In this document: one piece after another, positions 26,751 to 35,662 of the stretch
How positions within the stretch are numbered: the stretch's first letter is position 1
How the letters are laid out: every line of letters starts with the position of its first letter
Source: an uncultured bacterium
GTDB taxonomy: Bacteria; Hydrothermota; UBA3072
Direction: 5' to 3'
DNA: 64,000 nucleotides
NCBI GenBank assembly: GCA_964534175.1
Contig: CAZHNS010000009.1
Location: 460-64,459, forward strand
Program-made: the position numbers and the translations under genes
The notes under the pieces: model-generated
Told to the model about the DNA's origin: nothing
The model's database searches: none
Seen by the model: only the letters and a program-made list of their open reading frames with translations

Positions 26751-27325
26751 TTAACCTCCTTTCTAACTCCATCCAAAAGAATAGAAAGAGCAGTTTTTTT
26801 TATTGTTTCGGACTCAGATTCTTCGACAGCCATTATCAAAGAAACAATTATTTCATAAACATCATTAAAATTTAATTTACTATGCGGCAAATATCCCTTT
26901 AAAACACTCACCGCTTCTTCCTCCAAGTCTCCAATAATTTCAGCAATAGACGCATTAATTTTTTGCAAACATTCGAGCGGGATATTAGACCCTCTCATTC
27001 CTTTCTGAACTTTCCCAAACCTGGAAAAAAATCCATCTCCTCTTATAAATTTCTCAAAATAATCAAAAATCTCCGAAAAAACTTCTTCGAAACCTTTTCC
27101 AGAATCAATAATTTTCCTTACATTTTCTATAATTTCCCTGTGCGCCTCCACAAAGATTTCGATAAAAAGGTCAGCCTTGGAATGAAAATATAGATACAAC
27201 GTACCCTTTGCTACACCACAGGCATCCGCAACCTCCTCTACAGTAACAGGATGGTACCCCTTTTTGGCAAAGAGCTTCTTTCCTTTTTCCATTATTTGCT
27301 TCCTTCTTACTGACTGGTCAGTCAT
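26744..27325 (-). CDS. TetR/AcrR family transcriptional regulator
   Basis: LFAKKGYHPVTVEEVADACGVAKGTLYLYFHSKADL helix-turn-helix. Confidence 0.96.
   Translation of the reverse strand: MTDQSVRRKQIMEKGKKLFAKKGYHPVTVEEVADACGVAKGTLYLYFHSKADLFIEIFVEAHREIIENVRKIIDSGKGFEEVFSEIFDYFEKFIRGDGFFSRFGKVQKGMRGSNIPLECLQKINASIAEIIGDLEEEAVSVLKGYLPHSKLNFNDVYEIIVSLIMAVEESESETIKKTALSILLDGVRKEVKC
27311..27324. promoter_or_regulatory. Candidate TetR operator TGACTG-N2-CAGTCA overlapping the first codons of tetR
   Basis: 6-2-6 palindrome immediately downstream of the promoter. Confidence 0.75.
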
Positions 27326-27335
27326 AACGTCGTTT

Positions 27336-27363
27336 AATATATGCAGGTTTATTTATTTGTCAA
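27336..27363 (-). promoter_or_regulatory. tetR-RND operon promoter TTGACA-N16-TATATT
   Basis: TGTCAA at 27358-27363, AATATA at 27336-27341; ATG at 27325, no SD. Confidence 0.7.
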
Positions 27364-27425
27364 GGGGTAGTTTAAAAAAATTAGCAAAAAAATCATATTC
27401 TTAACTCCATCTTAATATATTTACC

Positions 27426-28004
27426 TCACGCTTCAAAATTCCACCAAAGTAGACTACTTGAAAAAGAACCTTTTCTGAGCTCCGAATCTCCTATCACCTT
27501 TTTTGCCTGTTCCAAGTTAAAAGCATTATTTATCTCTTTTTCAAACACTCTTAACCAAGAATACCTTAGATCCTTTATAAAGAGCCACCCCTCGGGCATT
27601 AAAATCCGTTCAATTTCATTCAACATAGAAATCGGGTCATTAACCCAATGAACCATATTGACGTTAAACACCACATCAAACGAATCGTCTTCAAAATTCA
27701 TTTTTTCCACATTTCCGATTTCGAATTTTACCCTATTTCTAATCGTTTCTCCCGAAATGCTATCCCTCGCATAATCCAATAAAGGCACAGATAAATCAAC
27801 ACCCACAATCTCACAATCCGGAAACTCACGAGCTAATATCAGACACATCTCGCCAAAACCACAACCAACATCCATTATTTTCCCATCACAAAAATCGCTG
27901 TTCTCCAACTTTTTGGAGTAATAATAACCCAAATTCTGCAAAATCTTCTTATGCTTTCTAATATATAATTCCGCGAAGCTTTTATCATTAAAATCTCTTT
28001 TCAT
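27426..28004 (-). CDS. Class I SAM-dependent methyltransferase
   Basis: IMDVGCGFG, GVDLS, GNVEKMNFEDDSFDVV, RILMPEG. Confidence 0.92.
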   Translation of the reverse strand: MKRDFNDKSFAELYIRKHKKILQNLGYYYSKKLENSDFCDGKIMDVGCGFGEMCLILAREFPDCEIVGVDLSVPLLDYARDSISGETIRNRVKFEIGNVEKMNFEDDSFDVVFNVNMVHWVNDPISMLNEIERILMPEGWLFIKDLRYSWLRVFEKEINNAFNLEQAKKVIGDSELRKGSFSSSLLWWNFEA

Positions 28005-28033
28005 TCTTAGCTTTTACCTCACTTCGAAAAATG

Positions 28034-30463
28034 TTAAAGATCTATTTCTAAACCACCGTATATTATTCTTCCATACAAGGGAGCATACATGAAAGCGGCA
28101 TCATCTGTATGCTTTTCGGGTTGAATATAATTTGTGAGGTTCTTCGCTCCCATGAAGAAGTTAAATTTATCAAATAAACTTCTCGAAACTTTAACGTTGA
28201 GTATTAAGTAAGGTTTTGTTTCCTTAATCTTTGTCGGTTCTTCCTCATCTTTGAAATAATCAATATACATTGGACCCTGGTAGTCTCCTTCGAGTACGAA
28301 ATTCCAATCTGTGGGAGCAAATCTTAATTTTGCTCCTGCCGAGTAACGGGGAAATCGGGAGATGTATTTGCTTTCATCTCGGAAAGAAGTCCCTATCCAG
28401 TCTTCTCTTTCATGCTCATACTGACCATCATTAAAAACAATATCTAAATCAAAGACAAGACTCTCTGCTATGAGAAAATTTCCTCCAAGTTCTATTCCTT
28501 GAACATAAGCATTATCTATATTCTTCCATTCGTAGGTATAACCTAAGCTCCTAGCTGCTTCGCTTGCCTCGGTAAAGCCTATCTTGTTTTTAAGGTTTGT
28601 GCGGAAAAAATTAGCATTTAAAAAGACTTTCTCGCCTATCTCATAATCCAAGGAGATATTAAAGCTTATAGATTTCTCGGCTTCTAAATCTTCTCCTTTC
28701 CAAACTCTTGGTGAACCACTGCATAAGTGCAAATCTTCAGAAAACCCATAGGGAACCCTAAACCCTGTTCCCACACTACTCCTTAAAACGAAAGATTGAA
28801 TTGGTTCATATTTTATCGCAAAACGCGGATTCAAGGCAGTTTCATCATATTTAACGGGAGGTACACCCTCAGGAGCAACTTTACCGGATCCTCGGAAGTT
28901 ATCCTCAGATTGATGAACATCACCTCTTATCCCCGCTACTATTTCAAAGACGTCGCTTATTGCGAACTCATCCTGGAGATACGCTCCGACTTCATCCGCA
29001 TGCTTTTCACTTATAGAGGTATAAGGTTCGCCATAATCGGGACTATATTCATCTACAACTACATACTTTCCCGTTTCTTCGAGTTTGTTGTAGGAACATT
29101 GAATTCCCATTAAAAGGCGGTGTTTCCCAAAAAGAGGTTGCAGATAATCAAAATTCACCACATAAACATCTTCCGTGGCAAGATATGGACGCATATCATC
29201 CAGCGGAGGCAACGTATCACCATGAACAGCCATATAATCACCAAGATAGGTATCATTTGTGGCATTACGATGGTGTCTCACATAAGCAAAGGAGACGTTT
29301 ATTTGATTCCCCCAAAAAAATTCTTTTCTGTATTTAGACATTACCTCATGTCTATTGGTGATGATACGTTCTGTTCCCTCTGTAAAGGGATTCTCATAAG
29401 CATTGTCATCAAGAACACCTCCGTGCCTTAATTCATATAGAACCTTTCCTGTGAACGTAAGCTCGTCAGCGTCAAAGATGTTATCGACAATAACACTAAA
29501 ACTTGCATCCGTGGCATCGGTATTGACCCTGTCAGAAATCCCGTCGGCTTGCTTAACTTCTTCGGAAGTCACCCCATCGCTGGTCTGATCAATAGCATCG
29601 CCTATATGTTTTTGAGCAGAAAGTATAAGCCCAATATTGTCTCTTTTCATAGAAGTAACGAAATTGTATTTATTCGTATTATAGCTACCTAACTCTATTC
29701 CTACCCTTGAATCCGGTTTTTGAGTAGGTTTTTGAGTAATAATATTAATTCCTCCAGCGACCGCACCCGGACCGTAAAGGGCAGAGCCTGCTCCCTTAAC
29801 AACCTCTATTCTATCTATATTGGCAACCCCTAATTGCTGTAATCCATAAACGCTAGCCAAGCCGGAATAAACAGGCTGACCGTCGATTAGAACCTGTGTA
29901 TGGTCAGGACCCAACCCTTGAAGTCTTACCATGCTAAAGTTACAGTACTGACACTGCTGCTCCACTCTTATCCCTCGCACCCCTTCTAAAGCTTCGTACA
30001 AATTGGCAGCCCCTTTTTCTTCAATAGCCTTCCGTGTGAGCACTTCCGTTCTTACCGGAATATCTTTGATATATCTTGAAGTTCTTGTCCCAGTAACTAC
30101 AACACCACCCATTCCTATAGGGCTTTGCACGAGCTCAAATTCAAGATAAAAGGTTTCACCTTTCTTGATAATCACTTCTTTGATTACCGCATTGTAACCC
30201 ATCATAGAAGCTATAGCTTTATATTTCCCAGCAGATAGTTGATGGATCAAAAACCTACCTCTCCCATCCGCACTAGCCCCTCTTAAAGATCCCTTAATCA
30301 TAACATGCGCCAAATAAAGCGGTTTTCCGGTCTCCTTATCTACAACTCTCCCCTCAAGACCTCCAAGCTCGCTCGAAAAAATCTGCACAGGAATCACAAA
30401 AAACAAGAATGCTGACAATAAAATAATCCTTAATATTATTTTATACATTAAACCTTCCTCCAT
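28034..30463 (-). CDS. TonB-dependent receptor with N-terminal carboxypeptidase-regulatory-like domain
   Basis: GRVVDKETGKPL, TonB box VVVTGTRT, plug QILIDG-type motif, IDRIEVVKGAGSALYG, CQYC in the plug, C-terminal GRIIYGGLEIDL. Confidence 0.95.
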   Translation of the reverse strand: MEEGLMYKIILRIILLSAFLFFVIPVQIFSSELGGLEGRVVDKETGKPLYLAHVMIKGSLRGASADGRGRFLIHQLSAGKYKAIASMMGYNAVIKEVIIKKGETFYLEFELVQSPIGMGGVVVTGTRTSRYIKDIPVRTEVLTRKAIEEKGAANLYEALEGVRGIRVEQQCQYCNFSMVRLQGLGPDHTQVLIDGQPVYSGLASVYGLQQLGVANIDRIEVVKGAGSALYGPGAVAGGINIITQKPTQKPDSRVGIELGSYNTNKYNFVTSMKRDNIGLILSAQKHIGDAIDQTSDGVTSEEVKQADGISDRVNTDATDASFSVIVDNIFDADELTFTGKVLYELRHGGVLDDNAYENPFTEGTERIITNRHEVMSKYRKEFFWGNQINVSFAYVRHHRNATNDTYLGDYMAVHGDTLPPLDDMRPYLATEDVYVVNFDYLQPLFGKHRLLMGIQCSYNKLEETGKYVVVDEYSPDYGEPYTSISEKHADEVGAYLQDEFAISDVFEIVAGIRGDVHQSEDNFRGSGKVAPEGVPPVKYDETALNPRFAIKYEPIQSFVLRSSVGTGFRVPYGFSEDLHLCSGSPRVWKGEDLEAEKSISFNISLDYEIGEKVFLNANFFRTNLKNKIGFTEASEAARSLGYTYEWKNIDNAYVQGIELGGNFLIAESLVFDLDIVFNDGQYEHEREDWIGTSFRDESKYISRFPRYSAGAKLRFAPTDWNFVLEGDYQGPMYIDYFKDEEEPTKIKETKPYLILNVKVSRSLFDKFNFFMGAKNLTNYIQPEKHTDDAAFMYAPLYGRIIYGGLEIDL

Positions 30464-30474
30464 GTTTTACTGTT

Positions 30475-30493
30475 ATTGAATCTCATTCTCAAT
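30475..30493. promoter_or_regulatory. Fur box upstream of the TBDR
   Basis: ATTGAATCTCATTCTCAAT, 17/19 identical to the site upstream of fur. Confidence 0.75.
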
Positions 30494-30509
30494 TAAACAA
30501 CAAAAAAAG

Positions 30510-30935
30510 TTAACTGCAGTCCTTGCAATAACCTTTAATTCCAAATCTAAACTCCGTAGGCTTAAAATCATATTTACCGCACACCTTTTTCTTTATTTTC
30601 TCCAACTCGTCATTTTCGAACTCTATTATCTTGCCGCAATTCACACAAACTAAATGTCCATGAGACCGGTGCCCATAAATATGCTCATAACAAATCCTCT
30701 CTCCACACCTCATAGCCTCCTGAACAAGCCCACTCTCTACCATCAAAGGTAAAGTCCTGTAAATAGTGGCCCTTGAGATATTCTCTCCCCTATCATGAAA
30801 AGACTGAAAGAGATCCTCCACATCAAAATGGTCATGCCTAGAGAAAACCTCCTCTAAAATTCTAACTCTTTCTGGAGTAAACTTTAAACCTTTATCAACC
30901 AAATACTTTTTAAATATCTCTTTTTCTTTTTCCAT
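30510..30935 (-). CDS. fur: Fur family metal-responsive regulator
   Basis: TPERVRILE, HFDVEDL, SRATIYRTL, HGHLVCVNCGKIIEF, GYCKDC. Confidence 0.93.
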   Translation of the reverse strand: MEKEKEIFKKYLVDKGLKFTPERVRILEEVFSRHDHFDVEDLFQSFHDRGENISRATIYRTLPLMVESGLVQEAMRCGERICYEHIYGHRSHGHLVCVNCGKIIEFENDELEKIKKKVCGKYDFKPTEFRFGIKGYCKDCS

Positions 30936-30942
30936 AATTGAA

Positions 30943-30961
30943 ATTGATTCTCATTATCAAT
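30943..30961. promoter_or_regulatory. Fur box upstream of fur (autoregulation)
   Basis: Reverse complement ATTGATAATGAGAATCAAT contains GATAATGAGAATCA, one mismatch from the classical GATAATGATAATCA. It overlaps the -10 TATAAT (30960-30965) of a TTGACA-N16 promoter (30982-30987). Confidence 0.8.
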
Positions 30962-31001
30962 TATACATAAAAATCCAATTTTGTCAAGGGGCAAAAAAAT
31001 A

Positions 31002-31029
31002 TTGACATATAAATAAGAAAACTTATACT
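31002..31029 (+). promoter_or_regulatory. Promoter TTGACA-N16-TATACT, 6 nt from the ATG (apparently leaderless)
   Basis: Hexamers at 31002-31007 and 31024-31029; ATG at 31036. Confidence 0.75.
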
Positions 31030-31035
31030 TTCCTT

Positions 31036-31290
31036 ATGCCCCAATTAAGAATAAAAGTAAAGCCCTCCGCAAATAAAAACAAAATAGTAAAGATGGAAAA
31101 CGGTGTTTTTAAAGTATGGCTCAAGAGCGCACCCGAAAAGGGGAAAGCGAATAAAGAACTGAAAAAATACTTAAAAAAAATCACCAGTATACCTATAAAA
31201 ATAGTTTCAGGGTTGGCATCAGAAAACAAAACAATCGAATTTGATATAAAAGAGGAAGAATTTATCGCAAAACTGGAAGAACAAATATAA
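31036..31290 (+). CDS. DUF167 (YggU/UPF0235) family protein
   Basis: IKVKP.A.KNKI, KVWLKSAPEKGKANKEL, IVSG..SENK. Confidence 0.92.
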   Translation: MPQLRIKVKPSANKNKIVKMENGVFKVWLKSAPEKGKANKELKKYLKKITSIPIKIVSGLASENKTIEFDIKEEEFIAKLEEQI

Positions 31291-31385
31291 ACCAAATTTT
31301 GAACCACAGATCAGGCTTCCAAGCTCCAAACCTTGACAAGCCTATAGTTTTCCTTAATCTTTAATATACAATTAAGGAAATATTT

Positions 31386-33653
31386 ATGGAAAGATTTTAT
31401 AGATTTTTCGTTATTATTTTAATAATTTCTTTCTCGGCACCTAACTGTCAAAAAAATAGCTGGCCACGAACACCTTCTCCTCCAATAGGTCCGTCACTCG
31501 GTACTATCAACGATACACTAAACTTCAAAGCCACCACAACAGATCCAGAAGGTGATGATATTGCTTACCAATTCAACTGGGGAACGGAGGACAGTTCAAA
31601 CTGGAGCGATTTCACCAATTCGGGAGATTCAATTACAGTAACACATTCCTGGCAAGATACCGGTAATTATAATATACGTGTCAGAGCTATCGATATAAAA
31701 GAGAAAACATCAAGATGGTCAAACCCACTTTTATTGACTATCGTAATAAGTATTGCTCCGAATATTCCTTCCATCTTTTCAGGACCTAACAGCGGATATG
31801 TTAATTATTCTTATACTTTCAGTGCAACAGCGACTGACCCGGATGGAGATAGTATATCTTATCAGTTTGAGTGGGGAGACGGAAGTCTCTCGGATTGGAG
31901 TTCTTATATTTCAAGTGGTGCTTCAGTTCAAATGGAGCATTCCTGGTTATCCGAAGGTACATATAACCTGAAAGCAAAGGCGAAAGACAAATATGGATTG
32001 GAATCAGGCTGGTCAACCGGATATACAATAAACATATCAATCGTACCTAACTTACCGCCCGATACACCTGAAATTCCTTCCGGACAATCGAGCGGATATG
32101 AAGATAGCACATACACCTTCTCCGCAACTACAACCGACCCAGATGGAGATAGCATAGCCTATCAGTTCGACTGGGGAGATGGGAATTTCTCCGTATGGAG
32201 CAATTATGTACCAAGCGGACAATCTGTTTCCATAGGTCACGCCTATACATCCCAAGGGATATATTATGTCACAGCAAAGGCAAAAGATTCAGAAGACGCG
32301 GAATCAGATTGGTCTGACGGACATCAAATTACAATACTGGGTCCTCCCAATACACCACCAGCACCAACCGGCCCTGATGTTGGATATGTAGACAACTCTA
32401 ATACTTTCTCCACATCAACTACAGATCCAGAGGGGGACAGTGTTTCTTATCAGTTTTCCTGGGGAGATGGAGATACAACGGATTGGAGTAACTATGTGCC
32501 AAACGGGCAATCGATTTCAATGACTCATTTATATTCATCCGACGGTACATATGATGTTCAAGTTAGGGCAAAAGATAAAGTGGGCTTGGAGTCCGGTTGG
32601 TCAGCCGAGCGTCAAATAGAAATTAAAAAATTAGAAGAATGGTCAACCCCATTTGGAGGTTCTTCCTCCCCTGCCTTAAGCGGTGTCTCAACCGTATATG
32701 TAGTAGTCGGTGGTGAACTTACATTGTATTGGCAAGGAAGAGAAATGGCTTCATACCCAATTGATTTTAACATGTCTTCATCTCCTGCCATAGGCAGTGG
32801 AAGTACTATTTATGTGGGATCCATATATAGCAAGCTCTACGCAATAAATTCTAACATGACCGAAAAATGGATATTCCCAACCAGAAGCTGGATAGAATCA
32901 TCTCCTGCCATAGGCAGTGATGGCACTATCTATGTAGGATGTTATGATAGCACCCTTTATGCTATAGATACTTCCGGAACCGAAAAATGGTCGTTCTCAA
33001 CTGGAGGCTCTATACACTCATCTCCTGCCGTAGGCACTGATGGCACCATTTACGTTGGGTCTTATCCGAGTAACCTCTATGCGGTAGATTCTGCCGGAAC
33101 CGAAAAATGGTCGTTCCCAACTGGAGGCTGGGTGCGTTCATCCCCAGCCATAGCCAGTGATGGAACCATATATGTTGGGTCCGATGATAACAATCTTTAT
33201 GCAATAAACCCCACCGGAACCGAAAAATGGAGATTCGCAACTGGAGGGGTTGTGTACTCCTCTCCTGCCATAGGCAGTGATGGCACTATCTATGTAGGCT
33301 CTAATGATAATAATCTCTACGCGATAAATCCCGACGGAACCGAAAAGTGGAGATTTGCAACTGGAGGTGATGTGGAGTCCTCTCCTGCCATAAGCAGTGA
33401 TGGTACTATATTCGTTGGATCCAAGGATGACAACCTCTACGCGATAAACCCAGATGGAACCGAAAAGTGGAGATTTGCAACTGGAGGTGATGTGTGCTCT
33501 TCCCCTTCAATAGGCGGCGGTGATAATATTGTCTATATATCATCCAATGGTGGCTTCTATGCAATTAACGGCTACTCAGGACGTACCGCAGATACCCCAT
33601 GGCCAATGTTCCATCACGATTTAAGACATTCGGGAAGAGCAAGAGCACCCTGA
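31386..33653 (+). CDS. Secreted protein (possible lipoprotein) with 4 PKD-like domains and a PQQ-like beta-propeller
   Basis: Four TTDP(E/D)GD.I.YQF.WG repeats, then seven SSPAIG.DGTIYVGS...LYAI..GTEKW repeats; promoter TTGACA-N16-TAATCT 31333-31360. Confidence 0.9.
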   Translation: MERFYRFFVIILIISFSAPNCQKNSWPRTPSPPIGPSLGTINDTLNFKATTTDPEGDDIAYQFNWGTEDSSNWSDFTNSGDSITVTHSWQDTGNYNIRVRAIDIKEKTSRWSNPLLLTIVISIAPNIPSIFSGPNSGYVNYSYTFSATATDPDGDSISYQFEWGDGSLSDWSSYISSGASVQMEHSWLSEGTYNLKAKAKDKYGLESGWSTGYTINISIVPNLPPDTPEIPSGQSSGYEDSTYTFSATTTDPDGDSIAYQFDWGDGNFSVWSNYVPSGQSVSIGHAYTSQGIYYVTAKAKDSEDAESDWSDGHQITILGPPNTPPAPTGPDVGYVDNSNTFSTSTTDPEGDSVSYQFSWGDGDTTDWSNYVPNGQSISMTHLYSSDGTYDVQVRAKDKVGLESGWSAERQIEIKKLEEWSTPFGGSSSPALSGVSTVYVVVGGELTLYWQGREMASYPIDFNMSSSPAIGSGSTIYVGSIYSKLYAINSNMTEKWIFPTRSWIESSPAIGSDGTIYVGCYDSTLYAIDTSGTEKWSFSTGGSIHSSPAVGTDGTIYVGSYPSNLYAVDSAGTEKWSFPTGGWVRSSPAIASDGTIYVGSDDNNLYAINPTGTEKWRFATGGVVYSSPAIGSDGTIYVGSNDNNLYAINPDGTEKWRFATGGDVESSPAISSDGTIFVGSKDDNLYAINPDGTEKWRFATGGDVCSSPSIGGGDNIVYISSNGGFYAINGYSGRTADTPWPMFHHDLRHSGRARAP
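32781..33560 (+). repeat. 120-bp tandem coding repeats (PQQ-like blades)
   Basis: TC(T/C)CC(T/A)GCCATAG-like units recur at 32781, 32901, 33021, 33141, 33261, 33381 and 33501. Confidence 0.9.
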
Positions 33654-33707
33654 GGGTAATAAAAACCACGAAACAAACTAAAAACACGAAAGAATATTAT
33701 TCTTTTA

Positions 33708-34397
33708 CTAATTAACTGTATAAACCGTCGGATCTTCTACCCCAGCATCCTCAAATCCCTTTTTCCTTAAAAGACAGCTATCACATTTACCACAAGCTCT
33801 TCCCTTCTCATCCGGGTCATAACAACTATGAGTTAAGCTGTAATCAACATCTAACTTTATACCTTTTCTTATTATTTCTGCCTTTGAAAGTGATATAAGC
33901 GGAGTATGAATTTTTATTTTCTTACCCTCTACCCCATTTTTTGTGCCAAGATTTGCCGCTTTTTCAAAAGCTTCAATAAATTCGGACCTGCAATCGGGAT
34001 AGCCGGAATAATCAACCACATTAACACCAATAAATATATCGGACGCCCCCAGAACCTCAGCCCATCCCAAAGCAAGACTTAAAAAAATAATATTACGAGC
34101 AGGAACATAAGTAACGGGAATTTCTTTTCCAATATCTTCAACTCCTCCCTTCTTCGGAACCGGAATATCATCGGTTAACGCAGAACCGCCGAAAGAAGTT
34201 AAGTCGATATCCGTGATAAAGTGCCTTTTTACACCCATATCAATGGAAATTTTCTTGGCAGCCTCAATTTCAAAATGATGCCTCTGACCGTAACGAAAAC
34301 TAATTGCGTATACTTCATATCCTGAATTTTTAGCAGTCGCGAGAGTAGTCGCGGAATCGATACCGCCGCTTAACAAAACTACTGCTTTCTTTCCCAA
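33708..34397 (-). CDS. queC: 7-cyano-7-deazaguanine synthase
   Basis: [40 protein letters not shown]; TTG start. Confidence 0.98.
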   Translation of the reverse strand: MGKKAVVLLSGGIDSATTLATAKNSGYEVYAISFRYGQRHHFEIEAAKKISIDMGVKRHFITDIDLTSFGGSALTDDIPVPKKGGVEDIGKEIPVTYVPARNIIFLSLALGWAEVLGASDIFIGVNVVDYSGYPDCRSEFIEAFEKAANLGTKNGVEGKKIKIHTPLISLSKAEIIRKGIKLDVDYSLTHSCYDPDEKGRACGKCDSCLLRKKGFEDAGVEDPTVYTVN

Positions 34398-34398
34398 C

Positions 34399-35037
34399 TT
34401 ACCTCCCCCTTTTTTCTTCAGGCCACAGAATTTTATGTAATTGAATTTGAAGACGGACTTTTAGGGCATCTTTTAAAATCCACTCGGCAAGTAAATCCGG
34501 ACTCAATTTTTCTTTAACAGAAGATAATAAAACCTTAGCCTTATCAGTCAGGTTTCTTTCGGCTATTATTTCTTTCGCCCAATCATAATCTGCCCTTTCG
34601 GCAATTACAAACTTAACTTCATCCTTTCTATCTAATCGCTTTATATTTTCCCAATCGATTTCATTCACTTCTCCGCTCGAAGGGCATTTTATGTCCATAA
34701 TTATTACAGCTTTATCGGAAACAACACTAATATCTTTAGTTCCGTTAGTTTCAATGAGCACTGTAAAACCTTTATCTATTAAATAATCCACCAGCATGGG
34801 AGTTTCGTCCTGCAGGAGAGGTTCTCCCCCGGTAATTTCAACATAACGGCATTTAAATTTTTTTACTTCCTTTAAAATCTGCTTAGTAGTGAACTCCTTT
34901 CCATCTTCATAGGCATATTTTGTATCACAATAAGAACATCTTAGATTACAGCCTGCAAGCCTTATAAAGACAAAAGGAATTCCCGAAAAAGAAGATTCAC
35001 CCTGAATAGAATAAAAGATTTCGTTAACTTTAAGCAA
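34399..35037 (-). CDS. queE: 7-carboxy-7-deazaguanine synthase (radical SAM)
   Basis: [37 protein letters not shown]; TTG start. Confidence 0.96.
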   Translation of the reverse strand: MLKVNEIFYSIQGESSFSGIPFVFIRLAGCNLRCSYCDTKYAYEDGKEFTTKQILKEVKKFKCRYVEITGGEPLLQDETPMLVDYLIDKGFTVLIETNGTKDISVVSDKAVIIMDIKCPSSGEVNEIDWENIKRLDRKDEVKFVIAERADYDWAKEIIAERNLTDKAKVLLSSVKEKLSPDLLAEWILKDALKVRLQIQLHKILWPEEKRGR

Positions 35038-35038
35038 T

Positions 35039-35425
35039 TCATTTCTCCGAATATCTTATACCATAATTTTCGGATTCCCAAACTATAACTTCAGAAACAT
35101 TAATACTATCAGGCAAATTTTCTTTCATCTCAATATAAACATATCTGGCGATATTCTCCGCAGTTGGATTTTCTTTGTCAAAAGGTTCTACTTGATTAAG
35201 ACAGCAATGATCAAACTTTTTAATAACGGAATCTACCCTCATCTTCAAATCCTTAAAATCGATAGTCATCCCTATCTTATCGAGCTTCTCAGTTTCGACT
35301 TCGACTCTAACTTTCCAGGTATGTCCATGCAGATCTCCGCATGAACCTCTATACCCTTTCAACTGATGGGCAGCTGAGAAACTCGTCTCTACAAATGCTT
35401 TATACACTGGCTTTTCTTTTCCCAT
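35039..35425 (-). CDS. queD: 6-carboxytetrahydropterin synthase
   Basis: FSAAH.L, C..LHGHTW, DFKDLK, NPTAENIA, WES. Confidence 0.96.
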   Translation of the reverse strand: MGKEKPVYKAFVETSFSAAHQLKGYRGSCGDLHGHTWKVRVEVETEKLDKIGMTIDFKDLKMRVDSVIKKFDHCCLNQVEPFDKENPTAENIARYVYIEMKENLPDSINVSEVIVWESENYGIRYSEK

Positions 35426-35441
35426 TTTTAAACCTCAAATT

Positions 35442-35470
35442 AGTATAAAAACCGCCCTTAAATTTGTCAA
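35442..35470 (-). promoter_or_regulatory. queDEC promoter TTGACA-N17-TATACT
   Basis: TGTCAA at 35465-35470, AGTATA at 35442-35447. Confidence 0.8.
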
Positions 35471-35551
35471 GCTCTACATTTGTTAGTGGGTTAGTGTGTT
35501 GGTCTGTTAGTCTGTTTTTTTTGAAAAGATCAAGACAACAAATAAAAACGC

Positions 35552-35580
35552 TTGACAAAACAAAAAAATTTTCTTAATAT
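35552..35580 (+). promoter_or_regulatory. Protease promoter TTGACA-N17-TAATAT
   Basis: Hexamers at 35552-35557 and 35575-35580. Confidence 0.65.
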
Positions 35581-35662
35581 TGTTCTTCAGTTAGAAAGAA
35601 TTATTTTATTTCAGTTATTTAAAAGTTAAATTATTATCTAATATTAGATAAGGAGGAAAAAA

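Noticed and set aside
35426-35470. preQ1 riboswitch upstream of queD
   Set aside because: The promoter is too close to the start codon and no preQ1 motif is present
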